Below the pieces are notes generated by a model, which did no database searches, was not told the origin of the DNA, and was given only the letters and a program-made list of their open reading frames with translations. A program made the position numbers and the translations under genes. Below, piece by piece: positions 47,335-55,704 of a DNA stretch of 64,000 nucleotides (the first letter of the stretch is position 1; every line of letters starts with the position of its first letter). Origin of the DNA: Longimicrobiales bacterium (GTDB lineage Bacteria; Gemmatimonadota; Gemmatimonadetes; Longimicrobiales; Gaopeijiaceae); contig CBDFIQ010000001.1 of the NCBI GenBank assembly GCA_965248195.1, forward strand, positions 800,001 to 864,000. Direction: 5' to 3'.

Positions 47335-48710
47335 GGTAGTGTCCCTAGATTTGTGTAAAAGCGGATAAGCTGGACAGGAGGGAAAGAAAAACGGAAGCTC
47401 CTCTGTTGTTGTTCACTGTCACATGAACCCGGGAGTCCGGGTCTGCAGAGCAGGCTCGGAACCGGAGAGGAGCTTCCGATGCAAGAGATTGTGGAGATCG
47501 GTCGGGCCACGCAAGACGAGCTACGCGATGATTTGCGCGAGCTGTTTCAAGGCGCGATCCGGCTGACGCTCGAGATGGTGCTGGAAGAGGAGCTGAAGGC
47601 CATGGTAGGTGCACGCCGCTTCGAGCGGGTGGGAAGCCGGAAGGACCATAGGAACGGCACATACCTGAGGCGGCTGCTGACGAGCCTGGGGCAGATCGAG
47701 GTCGCCATGCCCCGGAGCCGGGACAACGGTTCGCCGGCCGACGTGATCGGCCGCTACCAGCGCAGGAGCCCCGAGCTCGACGAGATGATGGTCGAGGCGT
47801 ATGTGAGCGGCGTGTCACAGCGCAAGATGGGCGACGTCACCGAGGCGCTGATGGGCGAGCGTGTTGGGCGCTCGACGGTGAGTCGTGTGGCAAAACGGCT
47901 CGACGAGGCCGTGGAAGGGCTGCGCCGTGCGCCGATCGAGGGGCCTCACCCCTATCTGTACCTGGACGCCACGTTCTTGGACGCCCGCTGGGCCCGCAAA
48001 GTCGAGAACGTGAGTGCGCTCGTGGCGTATGCAGTGGGCCCTGAGGGTCACCGACGGCTCCTGGCCGTCACGCTGGGCGCTGAGGAGTCGCAGCAGAGCT
48101 GGTCGGAGCTCCTCGAGCAACTCCAGGACCGCGGCCTCGGCGGTGTCGAGCTCGTGATCGCCGATGAGCACGCAGGCCTGGCAGCTGCGGTCCGCCGCTT
48201 CCTGCCCGAGGCACGCCGTCAGAGGTGTACGGTCCATCTGCAGCGTAATGTGGGGGCGAGGGTCCCCCACCGCCTACGCAAGCGCGTGGCGCGTGAGGTC
48301 TCGGTGATCTTCCAGACATCCGGACTCGCCGAGGCGAAGAAGCTCCTGGGCGAGTTCGGCGCACGCTGGAAGAAGGAGCTGCCCGAGGCCGTGGAGGTCC
48401 TGGAGCGGGGCTTCGGGGCAGCGACGCAGTTCTACGCGTTCCCCGAGGCGCACTGGCCCCGGCTGCGTACCACCAACAGCCTCGAGCGGCTGCACGGCGA
48501 GATCAAACGCAGGATCAAGGCCGCCGGCGCCTTCCCGGACCGGGCCAGCGCCCTCAGGCTCATCACGGCCGTCGCACTCAGGACCACACACGTCTGGGGC
48601 GACCGGCGTTACCTCGACCTCTCACTCCTCCAGAAACAGGAGGTCGCCCAAGCAGCCTAGCCGAAGGCGAGGAGCTTCCTCCGCTTTTACACACAAATCG
48701 GGACTTGACC
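47335..48710 (+). mobile_element. IS256-family element (1376 bp)
   Basis: Imperfect 31-bp IRs GGT...GTGTAAAAGCGGA; 8-bp TSD TTCCTTCC at 47327 and 48711. Confidence 0.95.
47479..48660 (+). CDS. IS256 transposase
   Basis: RNG, YLYLDA, QRCTVH, RTTNSLERLHGEIKRR. Confidence 0.97.
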   Translation: MQEIVEIGRATQDELRDDLRELFQGAIRLTLEMVLEEELKAMVGARRFERVGSRKDHRNGTYLRRLLTSLGQIEVAMPRSRDNGSPADVIGRYQRRSPELDEMMVEAYVSGVSQRKMGDVTEALMGERVGRSTVSRVAKRLDEAVEGLRRAPIEGPHPYLYLDATFLDARWARKVENVSALVAYAVGPEGHRRLLAVTLGAEESQQSWSELLEQLQDRGLGGVELVIADEHAGLAAAVRRFLPEARRQRCTVHLQRNVGARVPHRLRKRVAREVSVIFQTSGLAEAKKLLGEFGARWKKELPEAVEVLERGFGAATQFYAFPEAHWPRLRTTNSLERLHGEIKRRIKAAGAFPDRASALRLITAVALRTTHVWGDRRYLDLSLLQKQEVAQAA

Positions 48711-49258
48711 TTCCTTCCCCGCAAAAAACCTCAAGCCAAATCGCCCACATCTCGGAAACGGGTTCTTTTTCCGTTTCCGGGTAGTTGTTGTTTGTCTTTG
48801 TCTCTGTCTCTGTAGGCGTAACAGCCGTAACGTTACGCGTAACGCCATTTTCGGCTCTTGTAATTTCTCGTTCTCCAGATTCCTTAAGTTCTTGTTGGCG
48901 CTGGCGATAGCGCCTCATACGTTCGGCTGCCGTGGGGTCCATTTGCCGCTCGGCCCAGCCGGTCACTACCCATTCCTCACCGTCAACAACGAGCGCCCCA
49001 TCCTTTTTTGCGGCGTCCTCCATCTTCGTTACGGCGTTACGCGTAACGCACCATGTCTGGGCCGCGACGGTTGTCGATAGACGCTTGACCGCGCCCGAAC
49101 TACCGTGGGCCTTCACGTAGCAGAGCAGTTCTACCCATGCGAGACGAGCAATCGGTTCAAGTCCTAATAGCCACTCAGACCGTGACCATGTGGTGTCGAG
49201 ACGTATCCATCGGCCAGGCATTACGAGCGATGCCCCCCCCACTGGAACGACGGTCGCT

Positions 49259-49480
49259 TCATGGCCTCCCCCTCCAGCGGCCCGGCTCCTGCCACTCGCC
49301 ACTCTCCAGCAGATCCAGCGCCCGCCCCGCGATCGCTTCGAAATGCCCTGCACGGTGCCTCAGATCCCGCATCGTCTCTAGCCGCTCCATCAGTTCGTCA
49401 TGCGTCCCGTGCGGACAGCCCGTCAGCGTCTGCCGCGCTATACGCTCCAGCTCGCGTGGCACCAAGGCCGGTTGCCTCAT
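49259..49480 (-). CDS. Hypothetical phage protein
   Basis: ORF in operon order. Confidence 0.45.
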   Translation of the reverse strand: MRQPALVPRELERIARQTLTGCPHGTHDELMERLETMRDLRHRAGHFEAIAGRALDLLESGEWQEPGRWRGRP

Positions 49481-49504
49481 TCACTCGCTCCCCTTCGGTT
49501 CATA

Positions 49505-50128
49505 TCACAGCGCCCCCAGGAGCCTTGCAGCGTCAGCGACCATCGAGAACTCCTCGTCGGTCCCCCCATAGTCCGGATGCGTGCGCTTCGCTGCCTTGCG
49601 GTACGCGGCTTTCGGATCGGCCTGCACGTCCTTAACCGAAAGCCCTGAAAAACGAGCCAATACCGACTCCGGACTCTCCGCGGACGTCTTCGCCGGGATC
49701 TGTAGCCAGCCCGTGTACTGCTCGCCCGTCGTGGTGATGCCGTAGCGATCGAGCCGGCGGAGATCCTCGAGGCCCTTGGCGATGGCCCTGAGGTTCCCCT
49801 TCCACTCTGTGAAAGTGTCGCACGGGTACGAAAGCGGGCCGTGCTTTGAATCGAACGAGAGGATGATGCCCGGATGCTCCGGCGAGGCCGTCGCCTTGAT
49901 CCAGCCATCTTTGCGGATGTGGCGACGCTCGACGGCCATCTGCAGCACGACGCTCTCGGCGTCGAGTTGCCAGAGCTCGTGATCCAGCAGAGACATTGTG
50001 GCGTCCCAGTCTACGCCCTGGACGGTGCTGCCCCTCCATCGGTCGCTCTGCTTCCGAAACGGATGCTTCCGGCGCTCCCCCGTCATCGGGCCCGGCTACC
50101 GCTCGATCGGTACAACTTTCCAGTCCAT
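49505..50128 (-). pseudogene. Phage protein with C-terminal J-like domain; in-frame TAG at codon 11
   Basis: RBS+ATG 50128 MDWKVVPIER-TAG-PGPMTGE; NLRAIAKGLE..RYG; AYRKAAKRTHPDYGG. Confidence 0.7.
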
Positions 50129-50237
50129 TAGACTCCCTTTTGTTTAGTTGGGTCGACGCTTCCCGCGGCGCTCCCCCATCCGACCGGGTGCCGTCGCTTC
50201 TCGTCTCGAGCCACCTTCTCTCTCTCAACTGGCCGAC

Positions 50238-50400
50238 TCATGGAAAGCGCCTCCCGATCCACTCAATCACGGGCACCGTCACCGCATTGCCCATCATCCT
50301 GTAGCGTGGGCCGTCCGCGAGTCCTTCCGTCCAACCGTCAGGGAAGCCTTGTAGTCGTTCGCATTCGGTTGGGGTCAGCCGGCGGGGTACGGCAGCCAGG
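50238..50400 (-). pseudogene. C-terminal fragment of DNA cytosine-5 methyltransferase
   Basis: PRRLTPTECERLQGFPDGWT...MGNAVTVPVIEWIG with no catalytic part upstream. Confidence 0.85.
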
Positions 50401-50461
50401 ACGGCACCAGCACCTATGCCAGCCCTACCACCATTGGGCGTGAGTAGCGCGTTCGCGACCT

Positions 50462-50812
50462 TCACGGCATGCACCCCCGGATCGCGAGCGTCCACAACAC
50501 GGCGAACATTAAGAGCCCGAGGAGGGCCGCTCGCTTCAGGCGGGGTGGGGAAGGGGTCGGGGCCTTCCGTTTCGGTGCAGCGGCCTGCTCCGCTCGATAG
50601 GCCTGGGAGAGCACGTCCTTCGCCTTGTTTTGCCTCTCGATCTCCTTCACCACGCGCTGCACGATCTCCGGGTTCTTGACCCTCTGGAGCCCGGCTCGCG
50701 TGCGCTGGTAGACGGTGACCCGGTTGAACGTCCCGGCGGGGAGGACCTCGAAGATCACGCCCTTCCGGGAGGGGAGCTCGACAGCGATCGGTAGGTATGC
50801 GCGGCGACTCAT
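50462..50812 (-). CDS. Hypothetical protein with C-terminal TM
   Basis: Coupled to Fic stop. Confidence 0.55.
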   Translation of the reverse strand: MSRRAYLPIAVELPSRKGVIFEVLPAGTFNRVTVYQRTRAGLQRVKNPEIVQRVVKEIERQNKAKDVLSQAYRAEQAAAPKRKAPTPSPPRLKRAALLGLLMFAVLWTLAIRGCMP

Positions 50813-51258
50813 GACCTCGACTCGCCGAGCGTCTGATAGTAGAAAGCCTGGAGGAACGAAAGCGGAGGGAGCTGGTTGCCTTGTCGCATCCATAGCCAGA
50901 TGGTGCGGCCGCTCCGTCCGTTGCCGTCCATGAAGGGGTGAAGCGTTTCGTATTCGAGGTGAGCTCGCCAAGAATCCACTTCGCTGTCACTGATTCTGGC
51001 GAGCAGGGATTCCAGTGCGTCCCTGATTGCTGGCCCACCACGAGGAGCGATGTGGTTTCCGACGCGAACGTCTAGGCCTTCTTCGAACCGCGGCTTGGCT
51101 GCCGCCACTTTCCACACGAACGTCTGGACGTCGAGCACGGTGATCCGCGGCAGCGCCAGCAATTCTTCATGGGCGGCGATCTCGTCCGAGTAAGGTGTAC
51201 GGAATATCCCCTCGATGGCGTTCGACTGCCGGACGAATTCTTCCAGGCCGGTCATCAC
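50809..51258 (-). CDS. Fic-domain protein
   Basis: SNAIEG, HPFMDGNGRSGR. Confidence 0.92.
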   Translation of the reverse strand: MMTGLEEFVRQSNAIEGIFRTPYSDEIAAHEELLALPRITVLDVQTFVWKVAAAKPRFEEGLDVRVGNHIAPRGGPAIRDALESLLARISDSEVDSWRAHLEYETLHPFMDGNGRSGRTIWLWMRQGNQLPPLSFLQAFYYQTLGESRS

Positions 51259-51989
51259 GGCTCGACCCTCCGAAATTCAACGATCCACACCCAGGGTTTC
51301 GAATTCCACGAGTAGCCCCGCTTGGCGTTCAACGACTCCCATAGTTCGGCGAAGTAGGCCCGGGCCAATTCGTCTTCCGTCAACGGAGGCTGACCAGGAA
51401 AGAGTCGTCCCTTCGTGAAGAACGCCGCCGCCCCCGGGGAGCCATCATGTCGAGCGAGCCTGACGAGTGGCTTCCCATCCTCAGTCGAAGGGATCTGTAC
51501 ACCCTCAGACCACACGTCCTCGGTCGTGATGTCCTGCACCCGCTCGGCCCGGATGTCCGTGACCTCGAGCCAGATGCGGGCGTACCTCTTTGGCATGTGA
51601 ATCGAGGGGGACCAACGCACGTCCGACTCGGTCGGGATATTCTCTAGGCCGCGCGCTTCTGCGTTGCCTGGGTAGTCCGCCCGGTAGATCGAGATTCCGG
51701 TGTTTGTGACGAAGTGTGCCTCCCTCACGTACAGATGGTCTCCGATCTGGCCGTAGGGGCAGCGACGAATCCAGAGCGGGTCTCCGTGGCCGGTGCCGTC
51801 GTCCACAATGCCCACTTCCCACGTCCCATCTTTCCTTGGATGTAGCGCGTAAGACTTGCCAGGCTTGAGGACCGGGAGGTGCTGCACCACTCTACGGGTC
51901 TGGCTCTTCCGCCCGTCGAGGACCGCCCGGACCATCTCGGCGGACATCAGGATCGGGCGCTCACGCACTTCGACGGCACTCGCCATCAC
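51255..51989 (-). CDS. Phage ASCH/PUA-like protein
   Basis: ERPILMSAEMVRAVLDGRKSQTRR, WSPSIHMP, PWVWIVEF. Confidence 0.8.
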   Translation of the reverse strand: MMASAVEVRERPILMSAEMVRAVLDGRKSQTRRVVQHLPVLKPGKSYALHPRKDGTWEVGIVDDGTGHGDPLWIRRCPYGQIGDHLYVREAHFVTNTGISIYRADYPGNAEARGLENIPTESDVRWSPSIHMPKRYARIWLEVTDIRAERVQDITTEDVWSEGVQIPSTEDGKPLVRLARHDGSPGAAAFFTKGRLFPGQPPLTEDELARAYFAELWESLNAKRGYSWNSKPWVWIVEFRRVEP

Positions 51990-52183
51990 TCACCCCCCAA
52001 ATCAAGAGACAGCATCCAAAGGGGCTCCAGCCCGATAGCACCCTGCACGCCGTAGTCACGAAGCCCCCAGTACGGCGGGCTCGTCACGACGCAGTGCACG
52101 GACTCTTCCGGGAGGGTTCGCAGCAGGTCCAGGCAGTCGCCCACGAGGATCCGCACCCTCATCCGCTCGCTCTCCTCAGACAC
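51986..52183 (-). pseudogene. N-terminal fragment of N4/N6 DNA methyltransferase
   Basis: GDCLDLL...VVTSPPYWGLRDYG then early stop. Confidence 0.85.
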
Positions 52184-52973
52184 CGCACATTCCTTCGCAC
52201 TCGTTGCTCCAGAGCGTCATCTGGCCGCGCTCCTCAGCCGTCGAAAGGTCCACTTCGTCGAGCGGGACACGGGACACGTGGACGAAGCAGCTACCGGAGC
52301 TGCCCTTCCGTATCGCGCGGTCGAACTCGACGGCCTCCCGCCAAGACTCAGGCTCGTTGTCTCTCAGGTCGCGCCACTCGACGTCCGAACGGTAAGGGCA
52401 CGCCACGCACGCGGACCTGGCGAGCTCGCGGCCGGGATAGGCGCGCACGAACCAGGAGAGGCAATCGGAGCGCGACATGCCGAGCTCGATCAGCGGATAG
52501 CGGTTGATCCACCAGGCATCGCGCGACGGCTTCATGCGCGTCACCTCGTCCACCGTAATGCCCATCCACTGCGTGACGGTCTGGCCCTTGGGCACTCTGT
52601 GGCGTGGGGCCACGCCCAGGATCTCGCGCACCTTCTTCTTGATCGGCGCGATCTTGTACTGGCGTGTGCATTGTCTCCGGCCCATGCCGCCGGACGCGGT
52701 GAAGAGTGGCATTGACGTGAAACGCCGCTTTGCGCTGAGCACGCCGCTCCGGATGTCGCCCGCCGTGACGCGGTAGATGGGCAGCTTGCCGTCCGTCAGG
52801 CGCCCGACCTCAGACTCCAGCCAGGCCAGGTGGCCGTAGACGCGGCGTGGCTCCCACTGCGTGTCCGCGAAGATGGCTGCGGCAGGGAGTGGCTCGAGCT
52901 CGCCTGTTGCGGCCATGAGGAGCATGACCGAGGACTGCACGCCTGCCCCAAGCGAGATCACGTGGAGGCTCAT
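52176..52973 (-). CDS. PAPS-reductase-like (PP-loop) phage protein
   Basis: SLGAGVQSS, FADT, RQCT..YKI.P, SACVACPY. Confidence 0.85.
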   Translation of the reverse strand: MSLHVISLGAGVQSSVMLLMAATGELEPLPAAAIFADTQWEPRRVYGHLAWLESEVGRLTDGKLPIYRVTAGDIRSGVLSAKRRFTSMPLFTASGGMGRRQCTRQYKIAPIKKKVREILGVAPRHRVPKGQTVTQWMGITVDEVTRMKPSRDAWWINRYPLIELGMSRSDCLSWFVRAYPGRELARSACVACPYRSDVEWRDLRDNEPESWREAVEFDRAIRKGSSGSCFVHVSRVPLDEVDLSTAEERGQMTLWSNECEGMCGV

Positions 52974-53248
52974 TTCTCGCGCACGTCGCCCACGTGAATC
53001 CGCACGCTCATCCGGGCCCCCTGAGCCACTTGGCGCCGGCGTCGTCGAAGATCCGGTCTATGAGCTCGCGGAAGCGGTCCGGGGCGGACCTACGCCAATG
53101 TGGGGCGTTGTGAAAACCGTTGACAAAGGTACCGACTTTCGGGCGCGCTTCGGGCCTGCAACGACGCGATCCGATACCCCCGCTACCGTGCGTATTAGGC
53201 GTATCTGTGCGGTTTAACGGGTTCTGTGAGGGTTCTGGGGTTGATCGC

Positions 53249-53255
53249 CCACTTC
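53249..53255 (+). other. att core, right junction (CCACTTC)
   Basis: Matches 5725-5731; GGGTTCTG direct pair just inside may be arm sites. Confidence 0.88.
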
Positions 53256-53599
53256 ATACCCACCGCGAAGTCGGAGACTCCCTGGGTCGTGACCTCGGGT
53301 GCCGCCCCGCCCTCCTGGAGCGTGCTGCGGATGAACCAGTCCGACTCCAGGCGGAGCTCCCAGCCGTCGGCGATGCCCACCCGCAAGAGGAACGGAGTGG
53401 TGAAGTTTTCGACCTCCATACCGAGGGTCTCCGTTTCGTCGAACGCGACGGATCCTTCGATCTGGACGCTGCCCTTCCCCACCGTCGAGCTGGATTCGAC
53501 GAAGTCGGGCCGGTCGGTCCCGATGGACTGGGCGGCGGCCGCTCCCGGGATGACGGCTGTTGTCAGTGCGATGAGAAGGACTACCTGAAAACGATACAT
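53249..53599 (-). pseudogene. 5' half of the split outer-membrane transporter gene
   Basis: Signal peptide, IGTDRPDFVES..TVGKGSVQIE, LLRVG..WELRL, GVSDFAVGMKW. Confidence 0.9.
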
Positions 53600-53820
53600 T
53601 GAAACCCCGAGTCGGCGGTAAATTTAGGCAAGCCTAAAAATAAACAGGAACGCCGGCTTGCCAAGGGGCCAGTGGGGGACTTGCCAGGGGGCCCGCGGAC
53701 GACCGGAGAGGCCCCGCCGCCTGCCCATCGACTTGTCCATCCCACCGCCGATGGATACGGTGCTTCGTGTTGGAGGGTCTAGCGGTAGGAATCGGCGCAC
53801 GAATAGCGTAGGAGGTAGAC

Positions 53821-54630
53821 ATGACGCGACCGGACGCGAAGGGCGAGAGCAAGCAGTCACGTCGTGACTTTCTTGTGAGGGCGGGGGCGACGGCGACCGG
53901 GTTGGTCTTCGCGCCCGCACTTCTACCGGGGAGGCTCGGCGCAGCCGGGCCCCTGCCTGCCGCAGTCCGCCCCCTGCCCGCCGCAGCCGGGGCGCGGCAA
54001 GCGGTCACGAGGATCGGGATCATCGGATCAGGAAACATCGGAGGGGCGGTCGGCCTGAAGTGGGCAGAGGCCGGACACGAGATCCTGTTCTCCTCCCGCC
54101 ATCCCGAAGAGCTCACGGAGCTGGTCGAGCGGGCCGGCCCCAGAACCCGCGCCGGCCTTCCGGCAGAGGCCGCCGCTTTCGGGGAGATCGTTCTCATCGC
54201 GGTGCCATATGCCGCGCTCCCCCAGGTGGGCCAGGACTACGCGCCCTTGATGCGAGGCAAGGTGGTCATCGACTGCGGCAATCCTTACCCGCGGCGCGAC
54301 GGACCCATGGCGGAGGACGCGTTGGCCAAAGGGACCGGGGTCGCCTCGGCCGAATTCCTGCCGGGTGTCCGCCTCGTGCGCGCGTTCAATGCGATCAGCT
54401 ACAGGTCGGTGGAAAGGGAGGCTCACCGTGCGGGAGAGCAGGTCGGGATTCCGATCGCCGGCGACGACGAGGATGCGCTCCGAATCGTGTCGGATCTCGT
54501 GGTGGACGCCGGCTTCGATCCGGTCGTGGTCGGGCCGCTCGCTCGGGCGCGAGAATTCGATCAGGGCTCAGCTGTGTACGTGACCGACATGACGGCGGCC
54601 CAGCTCCGGGAGGCCTTGGGCCTCAGGTAG
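53821..54630 (+). CDS. NADPH-dependent F420-reductase-family oxidoreductase, Tat signal
   Basis: SRRDFL, IGIIGSGNIG, VIDCGNP, VRAFN. Confidence 0.9.
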   Translation: MTRPDAKGESKQSRRDFLVRAGATATGLVFAPALLPGRLGAAGPLPAAVRPLPAAAGARQAVTRIGIIGSGNIGGAVGLKWAEAGHEILFSSRHPEELTELVERAGPRTRAGLPAEAAAFGEIVLIAVPYAALPQVGQDYAPLMRGKVVIDCGNPYPRRDGPMAEDALAKGTGVASAEFLPGVRLVRAFNAISYRSVEREAHRAGEQVGIPIAGDDEDALRIVSDLVVDAGFDPVVVGPLARAREFDQGSAVYVTDMTAAQLREALGLR

Positions 54631-55210
54631 CTCCCGTCACCGCCTCCTTCGCCGCAGCGAGAAGCTCCGGGCCCGTAAACGCCGCGAGGAGCGGTACCCC
54701 TAGCTCGTCCAGCTTGGCCCGCCCACCCTCGTCCCGATCGACCAGGCAGATCACGCCGGCGACGGTCGCTCCGTGCTCGCGCACCGCTTCGATCGCCCGG
54801 ATCGCGCTCGCCCCACTGGTCACTGCGTCCTCGACGATGACCACACGGGCATCCGGCGGAAGGCCCCCCTCGATCCGTTGTCCAGTGCCATGGCCCTTGG
54901 CTTCCTTACGCACCGTGAAGCCATCGAGCACACGCTCCCGTGACGTGCTGTGGTGCGCAATCGCGTAGGCCACGGGGTCGGCGCCGAGGGTCAGGCCCCC
55001 AACGTGCGTCACGTCCCAGCCCGCCTCATCGATCAGATCGTATGCGATCTTGCCCGTGAGCCGTTGCCCCTCGGCGGTCATGGTCGTTTGCCTGGCGTCG
55101 ACGTAATAGGGTGATTTGGCTCCGCTCGAAAGCGTAAAGTCACCGAGGCGCACGGAGCGCTTCACAAGGAGGTGCTTCAGGCTCTCGCGATCATCCGTCG
55201 GCTGTTTCAT
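54623..55210 (-). CDS. pyrE: Orotate phosphoribosyltransferase
   Basis: FTLSSG..SPYYVD, VRKEAKGHG, IVEDAVTSG. Confidence 0.96.
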   Translation of the reverse strand: MKQPTDDRESLKHLLVKRSVRLGDFTLSSGAKSPYYVDARQTTMTAEGQRLTGKIAYDLIDEAGWDVTHVGGLTLGADPVAYAIAHHSTSRERVLDGFTVRKEAKGHGTGQRIEGGLPPDARVVIVEDAVTSGASAIRAIEAVREHGATVAGVICLVDRDEGGRAKLDELGVPLLAAFTGPELLAAAKEAVTGAT

Positions 55211-55260
55211 CGGGCCGCGTCCGTGGCGAATTTGGCTACGTCAATCGTGAAATCGATACT

Positions 55261-55692
55261 TCAGGCTTTGGGCGCCTCGAGGTCCGCGAACCCCTCCCGG
55301 ATCTCCGGCGGTACCCGCATCGCACGACGGCCCTCCCCGATCCACACGGCCACCACGCGAGCTCGCGCCACGGGCGTCGATTCGGCCTCCCCCTCTCGGG
55401 GGTCTCGGCGGGCCTCTTGGAGCATGACCATGCTCGCGCGCCGGAACTCCCCCGCCCAGGTTCGGATCCGCAGCCGGTCTCCGAGAAGCACCTCGCTCAG
55501 GTAGTCCACCTCGATGCGCACAACATGGATCGCCCAACCCCGTTGCGCGAGTACGTCATACGTAAAGCCGCAGCGAGCCAGAGCCTCGAAGCGGGCTTGT
55601 TCGAAATAGTTGAGATGGACCGCATGATTGACGTGACCGAAGGAATCCAACTCGTAAGCGCGGGCCTCGATAACGGCTTCGGCGACGCTCAG
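55261..55692 (-). CDS. Acyl-CoA thioesterase (4HBT family); start uncertain
   Basis: ELDSFGHVNHAVHLNYFE. Confidence 0.88.
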   Translation of the reverse strand: MSVAEAVIEARAYELDSFGHVNHAVHLNYFEQARFEALARCGFTYDVLAQRGWAIHVVRIEVDYLSEVLLGDRLRIRTWAGEFRRASMVMLQEARRDPREGEAESTPVARARVVAVWIGEGRRAMRVPPEIREGFADLEAPKA

Positions 55693-55704
55693 TTTCTTTC
55701 GCCC

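Larger units (their letters stand above)
47052..49221 (-). pseudogene. Phage replication initiator interrupted by IS256
   Basis: MPGRWIRLD...AAERMRRYR...FCGEG and RKPKLTKAR halves rejoin in frame after removing the IS; internal CGTAACG/CGTTACG iterons. Confidence 0.85.
5725..53255. mobile_element. Lambda-like temperate prophage (~47.5 kb), probably defective
   Basis: int/xis, cI/cro, terminase, lambda portal, capsid E/D, tape measure, lysis; bounded by direct CCACTTC cores inside one host gene. Confidence 0.96.

Noticed and set aside
24652..48970. Other GGTAGTG/CACTACC hits near 24652, 32805 and 48964
   Set aside because: Inside continuous coding sequence and lacking the adjacent AGTTTG part; expected by chance
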